Origin: Dehalococcoidia bacterium
GTDB lineage: Bacteria; Chloroflexota; Dehalococcoidia; Bin125
NCBI GenBank assembly: GCA_965203775.1
Contig: OZ241913.1
Location: 2,832,015 to 2,896,014 of the forward strand
Direction: 5' to 3'
Length of the DNA stretch: 64,000 nucleotides
The notes beneath the pieces are model-generated. The model was not told the DNA's origin, searched no databases, and saw only the letters and a list, made by a program, of their open reading frames with translations. The position numbers and the translations under genes were made by a program. Below, one piece after another: positions 8,628-17,115 of the stretch (the first letter of the stretch is position 1; the number at the start of each line of letters is the position of its first letter).

Positions 8628-11537
8628 ATGGCCGCGCAGCCGACCCAGACGACGATGACGATCGAGCCGTCGATGAGCGTCGACGAGTTCGTTGCCAAGT
8701 GGCGCAACGCGGCGCCGCGCGAGCGGGCCAACTCGCAAACTCACTTCAACGATCTCTGCGCCGTGCTCGACGTCGCCACGCCCGTCGAGGAAGACCCCAG
8801 CGGCGAGAGCTACACATTCGAGAAGCACGTCGATCTGCCCGGCGGCGGCAGCGGCGACGCCGATGTCTGGAAGCGCGGGCACTTCGGCTGGGAGTACAAG
8901 TCGGGCGGCAAGAGCCTCAGCGTCGCCTACGAGCAACTGCTGGGCTACCGCGAGGGGCTGGAGAACCCGCCGCTGCTCGTGGTCTGCGACATGAACCGCT
9001 TTGAAATCCATACCAACTTCACCAACACCGAGCCGCGCGTGATCGAGTTCACGCTCAAGCACCTGGAAGAAAATCCCACCCACTACATTCGGCTGCTGCG
9101 CGAGGTGTTTCTCGATCCCGAAGCGCTGCACCCGAATCGCGACCCGCGCTATATCACCGAAACCGCCGCAGCAAAGTTCGGCGAGGTGGCCGAGGCGCTG
9201 CGCGAGCGCGACGGGCACGACCCGGCGCTTGTCGCCCGCTTCCTCAACCGAATCATCTTCTGCTTCTTCGCCGAAAGCGTCGGCCTGTACCGCAATCTGC
9301 GCGGGGCAATCGAGAAGCCGGTCACCGATGTGTTCGACAACATGTCGGCCGACGCGACGCTGTCCAAACGGATCGTGGGGCAACTCTTCGAGGCGATGGC
9401 GGAACGCGACGTGCGCAACTTCGGCGCCTACTACATCCGCTGGTTCAACGGCGGCCTGTTCGACGAAACGGCGGTGCCCGAGACGTTGCAGCTGACGGGC
9501 GATCTGGCGCAGATCATCAACGAGACGGCGGAGTTGAACTGGTCGCGGGTGGATCCGGCGATCTTCGGGACGCTGTTCGAGCGCGGGCTGGATCCCAAGC
9601 GCCGCTCGCAGCTGGGCGCGCACTACACCGATCCGGACAACATCATGCGCGTGGTCGAGCCGGTCGCGCTGCGCCCCCTGCGCCGCGAATTCGACGCGCT
9701 GCGCGCCGAACTCGCGCCCGAACACAGGCTCGAAGACGCGCCGCCGCCCGGTTACGGCGAGAACAGCGCGCTGGCTTTCGAAGCGCCCGACCCCGACTCC
9801 CCCGCCGGGCGCATCCACGCCTTCCACCAACGCCTCGCGGCGGTGCGCGTGCTCGACCCCGCCTGCGGCTCCGGCAACTTCCTCTACATCGCAATGCGCG
9901 AGCTGAAAAACCTCGAACAGGAACTGATCGAGTGGGCGCAGCGCCTGGGCGTCAACGGCTTGCAGCGCCGCATCGGCCCCCAAAACATGCTCGGCATCGA
10001 TATCGACCCGTTCGCCGCCGACCTCACCCGTATGTCGCTCTGGATCGGCTACATCCAGTGGAACATCGAGCGAAACATCGACACCACCCGCGACCCCGTC
10101 CTCGGCCGCGCCGAGCAAATCGAATGCCGCGACGCCATCCTCGCCGAGGATGAGGAGGGCAACCCCATCCCCGCAGAGTGGCCCGAAGCGGAGTTCGTCG
10201 TGGGGAATCCGCCGTTTCTGGGCGGAAACCGATTACGCCGCGAGAGCGGCAATGCGTACGTTGACCGTCTTCAATCTGCCTACGCCAACGCCGTAGGCGG
10301 ACAAGCCGACCTTTGCGTCTATTGGCACGAGAGCGCTCGACGACAGATCGAGCAGCGCGCCACCCGCGCTGCTGGCCTCCTTGCCACGAACAGCATAGGC
10401 CAACCGTACAACCGCAAGGTCCTCGAGAACATCGCATCATCGGGAGGCATGTTCTTCGCGTGGCGTGATGAGCAGTGGTTCGACGACGGTACTGCCGTCC
10501 GCATTGCCATCGTCGGCCAAGACGACGGCAGCGAATCGGAACTCGAGCTCGACGGATCGCCAGTCGCCAAGATCAACCTCGATCTGACCGCAGGCGTCCC
10601 GGTTGCGTCAGCTGTGGAACTGGCTGAAAATTCCTCTATCGCGTTTCGGGGTGTTGGGCCTGCTGGACCATTTGACATCTCCTGGACCATTGCCGGGCGC
10701 ATGCTGGCGCGTCCCGTCAACGTGAATGGACGCCCGAATTCCGATGTGGTGATCCCGTTCGTCAACGCTCAAGACCTGGCGCAGACACGGCGGGGACAGC
10801 ACGTCATCGACTTCGGTCAGAGTACATCTATCGAAGACGCGGCTGACTATGAGGAGCCGTTCGAGTACGTGAGGCGACACGTTCTGCCGCGCCGCAAGCG
10901 CAGCAGGAACGACCAACTGCGCAACCAATGGTGGCTCCACGAGGCTTGGCGTCCCGGGATGCGCAAGGCGATCCAGCCGCTCAGTCGCTTCATTGCCACG
11001 CCAGTGACTTCCAAGCACCGCTTCTACGTGTGGCTGGATGCTGGCACACTGCCTGCCAGCTCAGTCAACGTCATAGCTCGTGACGACGACTACATATTCG
11101 GGGTTCTGCACTCGCGAATCCACCACGTTTGGGCTCTTGCGCAGGCAACACGCCTCGGTGTCGGGCCAGCAGACTCCCGCTACATCCACACTCGGTGCTT
11201 CAACACATTTCCGTTCCCTTGGCCACTGACGGCGTCCAACGATGATCTTACGGCCACTCAGCGACGGCAGCACAAAGCGATCTCCGCCGCGGCTGCATCG
11301 TTGGACGCAGCACGCACCCAATGGCTTAACCCCAGTGATGCGCCAGCGGAGCTCGTGCAAGAGCGCACGATGACCGACCTCTACAACGACACCGAAAAAG
11401 ATCCTCGCCCAAAGTGGCTGACCAACAGGCACCAGGCGATCGACAAAGCAGTGGCAGCCGCCTACGGCTGGCCCGCCGACCTGCCGGATGATGAAATCCT
11501 GTCCCGCCTGCTAGCCCTGAATCTGGAGCGCGCCTGA
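8628..11537 (+). CDS. MmeI-family type IIL restriction-modification enzyme (fused PD-ExK nuclease + gamma N6-adenine MTase + TRD), 969 aa
   Basis: Colinear with MmeI: nuclease D..EYK (HVDLPGG...FGWEYKSGGK vs MmeI VDLFW...LIEMKSRG); helical region (RIIFCFFAESVG); motif X (PAIFGTLFERGLDPKRRSQLGAHYTDPDNI vs PAIFGSLFQSIMDAKKRRNLGAHYTSEANI); motif I (VLDPACGSGNFL); motif IV (VVGNPPFLGG); C-terminal TRD. The start lies 8 bp after the gatB stop. Confidence 0.85.
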   Translation: MAAQPTQTTMTIEPSMSVDEFVAKWRNAAPRERANSQTHFNDLCAVLDVATPVEEDPSGESYTFEKHVDLPGGGSGDADVWKRGHFGWEYKSGGKSLSVAYEQLLGYREGLENPPLLVVCDMNRFEIHTNFTNTEPRVIEFTLKHLEENPTHYIRLLREVFLDPEALHPNRDPRYITETAAAKFGEVAEALRERDGHDPALVARFLNRIIFCFFAESVGLYRNLRGAIEKPVTDVFDNMSADATLSKRIVGQLFEAMAERDVRNFGAYYIRWFNGGLFDETAVPETLQLTGDLAQIINETAELNWSRVDPAIFGTLFERGLDPKRRSQLGAHYTDPDNIMRVVEPVALRPLRREFDALRAELAPEHRLEDAPPPGYGENSALAFEAPDPDSPAGRIHAFHQRLAAVRVLDPACGSGNFLYIAMRELKNLEQELIEWAQRLGVNGLQRRIGPQNMLGIDIDPFAADLTRMSLWIGYIQWNIERNIDTTRDPVLGRAEQIECRDAILAEDEEGNPIPAEWPEAEFVVGNPPFLGGNRLRRESGNAYVDRLQSAYANAVGGQADLCVYWHESARRQIEQRATRAAGLLATNSIGQPYNRKVLENIASSGGMFFAWRDEQWFDDGTAVRIAIVGQDDGSESELELDGSPVAKINLDLTAGVPVASAVELAENSSIAFRGVGPAGPFDISWTIAGRMLARPVNVNGRPNSDVVIPFVNAQDLAQTRRGQHVIDFGQSTSIEDAADYEEPFEYVRRHVLPRRKRSRNDQLRNQWWLHEAWRPGMRKAIQPLSRFIATPVTSKHRFYVWLDAGTLPASSVNVIARDDDYIFGVLHSRIHHVWALAQATRLGVGPADSRYIHTRCFNTFPFPWPLTASNDDLTATQRRQHKAISAAAASLDAARTQWLNPSDAPAELVQERTMTDLYNDTEKDPRPKWLTNRHQAIDKAVAAAYGWPADLPDDEILSRLLALNLERA

Positions 11538-11586
11538 CGATCCAGGACCCATGTGTTCCGCCAGCCACACTGTCTCACTTTGACGA

Positions 11587-12654
11587 TCAGGCAGGCTGCC
11601 GCTGATCTCTAATCGTCCAGCTCTCCACATAGGCGCGGGTGTCCGATTCCAAATGGACGACAAGTTCGCCATTATCGTTGAGGTAGCACCCACCATCCAG
11701 ATCACGGTGTACTCGCCCGCCTACCAGGCTGCCATCGTGGCATTCGCTGGCGGCTTGCAAGACATGTTGCTCGTATCCGGTGAGCCAGCCAGAGTCCTTA
11801 GTTCTGTGGGCCGCAGCAAAGCGGGTCGCGATAGCCCAGCAACCTGGCGTTTCGTAGTTGAAGGGATGGAAGGGCCGTTCGCGAATCTTGCCGAATCCAG
11901 GAGATTCGCCAATCTCGCGTAGGTCGACTGCCCAAGCTGGAACGACATCAGTAGGGTGCTCTAGGCTGGGAAATGAGAGCGAGTAAGAAGAGCGCTTCGC
12001 CGCCACCAAGATGAACATGTCCGGGATACAGTCAAACTGCTCCAAGCGTGCATCGACGGGGTTCGAGTTAACAGCAAGGTCGCGGAACTGACCGTCCGCA
12101 CTAAGCTTGATGGGGTTGAAGCGGTGGGTCTTGCGAAGCCTCCCGTGCCCACAAAAGAGCGCAAGCTCTTCTTGAGTACGGTTCCAAAACAGGTACTCTG
12201 CTGGTTCCGTGGCCCAGTCAAGCAAGTTCTCGTCGAGATTCATGTCGTCGTCGTCGTCCTTTGACATGAATACGTGCGGCCTATTCGGAGACCGATCCAG
12301 ACGTGGCTCGCTGTGGCGATTGTCACCGAGTACCACTCGATAGTCCGTCGCCAGATGCGTTTCCGGCGCAGGGCTAGAATGGCGATACTCGTTCACTGCC
12401 CGAACGGTCACCACAACCTCAGCAGGATCAACATCCGGTACTCGTACGACTACCGCGTGGTAGGTGTATCCCCAATGCACACGCTCGTTCGGAACGTCAC
12501 ACCAGTCGTCCTGTACTCCGTTGACGCGAAGGCGGATGCTGTACCCGAGTAAGCGACCGCCGACTGGCTTGTTCCAGAACACGAGCTGGTGCTTTCCATC
12601 AATCGCGCGAGCGCGCAGATTGCGGATAACCGGGCGAACCTTCGTGATATCCAC
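11587..12654 (-). CDS. hypothetical protein, FN3-like N-terminal segment plus unknown ~250-aa domain, low-GC gene
   Basis: A 355-aa ORF convergent with the type IIL gene. GC is ~52-55% against ~70% background. The peptide is non-repetitive and contains an acidic DDDDD linker. Confidence 0.55.
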   Translation of the reverse strand: MDITKVRPVIRNLRARAIDGKHQLVFWNKPVGGRLLGYSIRLRVNGVQDDWCDVPNERVHWGYTYHAVVVRVPDVDPAEVVVTVRAVNEYRHSSPAPETHLATDYRVVLGDNRHSEPRLDRSPNRPHVFMSKDDDDDMNLDENLLDWATEPAEYLFWNRTQEELALFCGHGRLRKTHRFNPIKLSADGQFRDLAVNSNPVDARLEQFDCIPDMFILVAAKRSSYSLSFPSLEHPTDVVPAWAVDLREIGESPGFGKIRERPFHPFNYETPGCWAIATRFAAAHRTKDSGWLTGYEQHVLQAASECHDGSLVGGRVHRDLDGGCYLNDNGELVVHLESDTRAYVESWTIRDQRQPA

Positions 12655-12990
12655 CTATCCGCCCTTTTCGGTTGAAGACTCAGAGTCGAGGCAGGCGGGT
12701 GTCGTATCGGCTACCGACGCGCGCAGCCCCGGCATCATCTCCTCCGGCGTCTTCCCCGTCAGGTCGAAATACACCCGGTCGGGGCAGATATCGAGCTCGT
12801 CGCTCCAGCCGATCGCGCGAAACGGTGTGATGTGAACCCGCTCGAAGAACGCTCGGTCCTCCCAGACTTTGAAGACGCCCCGGCCCGCCACATCGCTCAG
12901 GTCGACCTCGCCGGAAGCGCCGTCGTCGTACTCGACGTAGATGCGGTAGCCCTCGCGCGGCTCGACCTTGAGCAGTTTCGGCATCGCCAT
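12655..12990 (-). CDS. DUF2442 domain protein
   Basis: VEPREGYRIYVEYDDGASGEVDLSD...GVFKVWED...FERVHI...AIGWSDELDICPD is the DUF2442 consensus. ATG at 12990. Confidence 0.75.
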   Translation of the reverse strand: MAMPKLLKVEPREGYRIYVEYDDGASGEVDLSDVAGRGVFKVWEDRAFFERVHITPFRAIGWSDELDICPDRVYFDLTGKTPEEMMPGLRASVADTTPACLDSESSTEKGG

Positions 12991-13031
12991 AGTGTCCCCA
13001 GTCTAGCGCGCCGCTGCCAAAGCGGCAGAGT

Positions 13032-13334
13032 TCAGGCATCGACAGGCTGCGCGCGCAGCCCCGGCATCATCTCCTCGGGCGTCTTGCCGGTCAGCCGGAA
13101 GTAGACGGCGTCCGGGCAGATATCGAGCTCGTTGCCCCACCCAATCGCACCGTCCTCCGTGATGTGGACTCGCTCGAAGACGCCCGGTTCATCCCAGACT
13201 TTGAAGACGCCTTTGCCGGCGTTGTGGCTCAGGTCGACCTCGCCGCAGGCGCCGTCGTCGTATTCGACGTAGATGCGGTAGCCCTCGCGGGGCTCCACGC
13301 GGATTGGTTCGGGCATCGGAGCGTCTATGTCCAT
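13032..13334 (-). CDS. DUF2442 domain protein (tandem paralog)
   Basis: ~80% identical to the 12655..12990 protein at both peptide and DNA level. An alternative start at 13316 gives MPEPIRVEP. Confidence 0.75.
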   Translation of the reverse strand: MDIDAPMPEPIRVEPREGYRIYVEYDDGACGEVDLSHNAGKGVFKVWDEPGVFERVHITEDGAIGWGNELDICPDAVYFRLTGKTPEEMMPGLRAQPVDA

Positions 13335-13354
13335 GGTGCTGCCAGTGTAGCGCG

Positions 13355-14380
13355 TCAGCTGCGGGAGCGGCCGGTGGCGCGGGCGACGTGAATCACCTGC
13401 GGGGTGTTCTGGAACGTTTCGACGCCGACCTCGGCGAAGATTTGGTTGACGCCGTTGCGGATCTCGTCGGTCAGCTTCCAGTCGGTCGCGGCGACGTTTT
13501 CCTCGAGTTCCTGCTCGTTGCGCATGCCGACCAGGGCGCAGCTGACGGCGGGGTGGTCGAGCACCCAGGCGATGGCGAGTTGGGCGACGGTTTTGCCGTA
13601 GCCGTCGGCGAGTTCGGCGAGTCGGTTGGCGACTTCGACCTCTTTGACGAACTGCTCGCGCTCGAACAGCGGCAGTTCAAAGGCCATCCCGGAGCGGCTG
13701 CGCCAGTCGCCCTCGTCGAACGTGGTGTCGGGCGTGAACGCGCCGGTCAACAGCCCGAAGGCGAGCGAGCCGTAGGCCATGTAGCCGATGCCGTTGGCCT
13801 GGCACCAGGGCAGCACGCGCGATTCCATGCGCCGGTCGAACATGTGGTAGCCGACCTGGTTGGCGGCGATGTGCCCGTACTGCTCGCACTCCTGCATCAT
13901 GTCGATGTTGAAGTTGGAGACGCCGTAGTGGCGGATTTTGCCGTCCTGCTTGAGCTGCTCGAGCGCGCCGATCGACTCTTCGAAGGGCGTGTCGTGATCG
14001 GGCCAGTGGATCAGCATCAGGTCGATCACGTCGGTCTTGAGCCGGCGCAGGCAGCCTTCGGTGCGCTCGATGATGTAGTCGCGGGTCGCGTTGAGCCCGG
14101 CCACCGCGCCGCCCTCGTCGTATTGGAAGCCGACTTTGGTGACGAGCACGATTTCGTTGCGGCGCGAGCCGAGCGCGTCGGCGAGCAGCTCTTCGGAGTG
14201 GAAGGGGCCGTAGATCTCGGCGGTGTCGAAGAGGGTGATGCCGCGGTCGATGGCGGCGTTGACCGCGCGGGCGGCCTCGCCGACGTCGATGTGGCCGTAC
14301 ATCGTGGTGCTCATCTCCCAGGTGCCGAAGCCGACCGCTGAGGCCGTGAGGTCGGTGTCGCCGAATTGCCGCTGCTCCAT
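13355..14380 (-). CDS. aldo/keto reductase
   Basis: MEQRQFGDTDLTASAVGFGTWEM..., GITLFDTAEIYG, LIHWPD, HYGVSNF are AKR family signatures. Start set at MEQRQ (the tracker ORF extends 18 codons upstream). Confidence 0.85.
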   Translation of the reverse strand: MEQRQFGDTDLTASAVGFGTWEMSTTMYGHIDVGEAARAVNAAIDRGITLFDTAEIYGPFHSEELLADALGSRRNEIVLVTKVGFQYDEGGAVAGLNATRDYIIERTEGCLRRLKTDVIDLMLIHWPDHDTPFEESIGALEQLKQDGKIRHYGVSNFNIDMMQECEQYGHIAANQVGYHMFDRRMESRVLPWCQANGIGYMAYGSLAFGLLTGAFTPDTTFDEGDWRSRSGMAFELPLFEREQFVKEVEVANRLAELADGYGKTVAQLAIAWVLDHPAVSCALVGMRNEQELEENVAATDWKLTDEIRNGVNQIFAEVGVETFQNTPQVIHVARATGRSRS

Positions 14381-14532
14381 CGTGTCCCTCGCAAATCCAG
14401 ACTGCGTGCCGCCCGCGCGCCGTTCGCCGGGCAAGTACGCCAGTCTAGCCGCTCGGCCGAGCTTGCGTGAGGCTTGAGCTCGCTCGCCGCGGGCGCTACC
14501 GTGTTGTGTGGCGGGCGCATATAGTGTCGCAG

Positions 14533-15882
14533 ATGTCTCATTTGCCGGATCGCAGCATTCGCAAGTGGCTGGTCCCCGGGCTCGGCGTGAAGCGCTGGTT
14601 CCTGCTGCTGTTCGTCGGCACGGGGCTGCTCGGCTTGGGCGTGGCGTTCCTGCTGCGCGAGCTGTACGTGTCGGCGACGCTGCCGGACGCCTTCTACTAC
14701 ATCACCCTCCAGTTTCTGCCCTACGCGGCGCGCGGCGCGGTGCTGATCGGCGTGGCGCTGCTCTGCGTCGGCGTCGGCGTCTGGAAGTTCACCTCGCACG
14801 CGGTGGCGGCCGCCCGCAGCTCGGGCAACGGCGACCGCGACGAGCCGCTGGTCGAGCTGATCCACCGCTACCGCTTCTCCGGACGCGGCCCGCGAATCGT
14901 CTGCCTGGGCGGCGGCACCGGGCTCTCCGTGCTGCTGCGCGGGCTCAAGGAGTACAGCGACAACATCACGGCGATCGTGACGGTGGCGGACGACGGCGGC
15001 TCGTCGGGCCGGCTGCGGCGCGATCTGGGCGTGATCGCGCCGGGCGACCTGCGCAACTGCATCGCCGCGCTGGCCGACGCCGAGCCGCTCATGACGCGGC
15101 TGTTCCAGTACCGCTTCCCGGAAGGCTCCGGCGAGGGACTCGAGGGGCACTCGTTCGGCAACCTGTTCATCGTCGCGATGTCGGGCGTCGCCGGGGGGAT
15201 GGAGGAGGCGATCCGCGAGACCGGCCGCGTCCTGGCGGTGCGCGGGCGCATTTTGCCCTCAACGCTGGAGAACATCCGCCTGGCGGCGCTGACCAACGAC
15301 GGCGAGGTGATTCGCGGCGAGTCGAAGATCACCTCGGCCAAGCAGCAGATCCAGCAGCTCAGCCTGGAGCCGCAGCAGCCGCCCGCCTACCCGGACACGG
15401 TCAACGCGATCCGCAACGCCGACGTGATCGTGGTCGGGCCCGGCAGCCTCTACACCAGCGTGCTGCCCAACCTGCTCGTGCCGCAGCTGCGGATCGCCTT
15501 CCAGGAGTCGCAGGCGATGAAGATCTACGTCTCGAACGTGGCCACGCAGCCGGGCGAGACGGACGATTTCAGCGTGCAGGATCACGTGCGGACGATCGCC
15601 GAGCACATCGGCGGCACGCCGTTTGACCTGGTGCTGGCCAACAGCAACGCGTCGGCCCGCCTGCCGCGCCGCTGGCGCTCGGAGCCCGTCCAGCTCGACG
15701 CCGGCGAGGAGCTCGACGAGTTCGACGGCGCGGCGATCATCGAGGCCGACATCGTCGACACCGGCAACCGCTATCGCCACGACTCGGAGAAACTCGCGGC
15801 AGCGATTCTGACCGCGTACCATGAGCAGGGCGAGGCCGGCCTTCGCCCGCGCCGCGCGCAGCGGCTGGTCGCGGCCAAGTAG
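14533..15882 (+). CDS. YvcK/CofD-like gluconeogenesis factor (UPF0052, 2-phospho-L-lactate transferase fold) with N-terminal transmembrane segments
   Basis: GGGTGLSVLLRGLK, VTVADDGGSSGRLR, DLRNCIAAL, GPGSLYTSVLPNLLVP are YvcK/CofD motifs. ATG at 14533 (MSHLPD). Confidence 0.8.
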   Translation: MSHLPDRSIRKWLVPGLGVKRWFLLLFVGTGLLGLGVAFLLRELYVSATLPDAFYYITLQFLPYAARGAVLIGVALLCVGVGVWKFTSHAVAAARSSGNGDRDEPLVELIHRYRFSGRGPRIVCLGGGTGLSVLLRGLKEYSDNITAIVTVADDGGSSGRLRRDLGVIAPGDLRNCIAALADAEPLMTRLFQYRFPEGSGEGLEGHSFGNLFIVAMSGVAGGMEEAIRETGRVLAVRGRILPSTLENIRLAALTNDGEVIRGESKITSAKQQIQQLSLEPQQPPAYPDTVNAIRNADVIVVGPGSLYTSVLPNLLVPQLRIAFQESQAMKIYVSNVATQPGETDDFSVQDHVRTIAEHIGGTPFDLVLANSNASARLPRRWRSEPVQLDAGEELDEFDGAAIIEADIVDTGNRYRHDSEKLAAAILTAYHEQGEAGLRPRRAQRLVAAK

Positions 15883-15943
15883 CGCCGGCCGGTATGCTGG
15901 CGAGTATGCCGGCAACGCGCCGACAAGCAGGGGCGGGAGTGCG

Positions 15944-16168
15944 ATGAGCAGCTCGGAAATCCTCAACGTGTTTCAGATCTTCGTCGCGCTGCTCGTGATC
16001 GCGGCGGTGGTGATGCAGGCCAAGGGCGCCGGCCTGGGCAACATCTTCGGCGGCGCGGGCGGCGACGGCTACCGCACCCGACGCGGCATCGAGCGCACCC
16101 TGTTTCGCGGCACGATCGCGCTGATGCTGGTCTTCGTCGGACTCTCGATCGCGGCGGTGCGGCTCTGA
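15944..16168 (+). CDS. secG: preprotein translocase subunit SecG
   Basis: A 74-aa protein, MSSSEILNVFQIFVALLVIAAVVMQAKGAGLGNIFGG...; the MQxKG(S/A)GLG motif identifies it. TGA at 16166-16168. Confidence 0.8.
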   Translation: MSSSEILNVFQIFVALLVIAAVVMQAKGAGLGNIFGGAGGDGYRTRRGIERTLFRGTIALMLVFVGLSIAAVRL

Positions 16169-17115
16169 ATCTGGTCTTCTTCGGTTCGCCCGATTTCGCA
16201 GTACCCACCCTGCGGGCGCTGATCGACAGCCCGTGGCGGCCGGTCGCGGTCGTCGCGCAGCCTGATCGCGGCGCGGGGCGCGGGCGCAAGCTGCGCCGCC
16301 CGCCCGCCGCCGAGCTCGCGGCGGATGCGGGCATCGCGGTCCTACAGCCGCCGCGCCTGCGCGACGCCGAAGCGCTGGTGGCGATCGCCGAGTTCGCGCC
16401 CGACCTCCAAATCGTCGCCGCCTACGGCCAGCTGCTGCCGCCCGCCCTGCTCGACGCGCCACAGCACGGTACGCTCAATGTTCACGCCTCGCTGCTGCCC
16501 CGCTGGCGCGGGGCGGCGCCCGTCTCCGCCGCCATCGCCGCCGGCGACGCCGAAACGGGCGCGACGATCATGCTGGTCGACGAAACGGAGGACACCGGCC
16601 CAATCCTGGCGCAGCGCGCGACGCCAATCGGGCAACAGGAGACGGCCGGCGAGCTGAGCGATCGGCTGGCGGAGCTGGGCGCGGCGCTGCTGATCGAAAC
16701 GATCCCCCGCTGGCTGGCTGGCGAGATCGCGCCGCGTCCGCAAGACGACAGCCAGGCCACGCGAGCGCGGCGGGTGCGCAAGGAGGCAGGGCGAATCGAC
16801 TGGAGCGATTCGGCACAGCAGATCGCGCGAAACGTGCGCGCCTACACCCCTTGGCCGGGCGCGTTCACCGAGCTCGAGGGTCAGCGCGTGCGACTGGCCT
16901 CGGTGACGGCGGAGCCGTCAGCCGCGCCCACCACGGCTGGTGCGCCGGGCGAGATTATGTCACTGGACGAGCAGGCGATCCGCGTGGCCGCAGGCGACGG
17001 GATCGCGGTAATCCAACGCCTACAACGCGCAGGCAAGCGCGAGCTGTCGGCGGCCGAATTCGCGCGGGGCGCAGGCAACCTGCTCGGCAAGCGATTCGGA
17101 GCGGACGATGGCTGA
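16165..17115 (+). CDS. fmt: methionyl-tRNA formyltransferase
   Basis: The frame is open from 16126. The peptide (M/L)NLVFFGSPDFAVPTLRALIDS...HASLLPRWRGAAP... is a clear Fmt N-terminus. There is no ATG/GTG/TTG in frame before 16378, so the start is probably CTG at 16165, overlapping the secG TGA. The C-terminal domain is present. Confidence 0.75.
   Translation: MNLVFFGSPDFAVPTLRALIDSPWRPVAVVAQPDRGAGRGRKLRRPPAAELAADAGIAVLQPPRLRDAEALVAIAEFAPDLQIVAAYGQLLPPALLDAPQHGTLNVHASLLPRWRGAAPVSAAIAAGDAETGATIMLVDETEDTGPILAQRATPIGQQETAGELSDRLAELGAALLIETIPRWLAGEIAPRPQDDSQATRARRVRKEAGRIDWSDSAQQIARNVRAYTPWPGAFTELEGQRVRLASVTAEPSAAPTTAGAPGEIMSLDEQAIRVAAGDGIAVIQRLQRAGKRELSAAEFARGAGNLLGKRFGADDG

Noticed and set aside
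3935-8731. 1598-aa tracker ORF on the minus strand suggesting a giant MTase gene
   Set aside because: Its first ~570 codons (8731 down to ~7022) are the Arg/Gly/Ala-rich antisense frame of gatB with no protein-like features. The credible gene starts at MRAREDTT (7021).
14508-15626. Long Arg/Ala/Gly-rich alternative-frame ORFs overlapping real genes (14508..15626, 14311..15150, 19734..21224, 21002..21946, 22001..23560, 39919..40794, 42518..44710, 43200..43979, 52329..52739, 57287..59473, 58831..59853 and others)
   Set aside because: These are typical high-GC frame-shadow ORFs: low complexity, no motifs, and each fully overlaps a gene with strong homology on another frame or strand.
16378-17115. 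GTG at 16378 as the fmt start (tracker call)
   Set aside because: It would remove ~70 N-terminal residues, including the conserved (V/I)FFGSPDFA segment that is clearly encoded in frame upstream. The upstream non-canonical CTG start or a sequencing error is more plausible.
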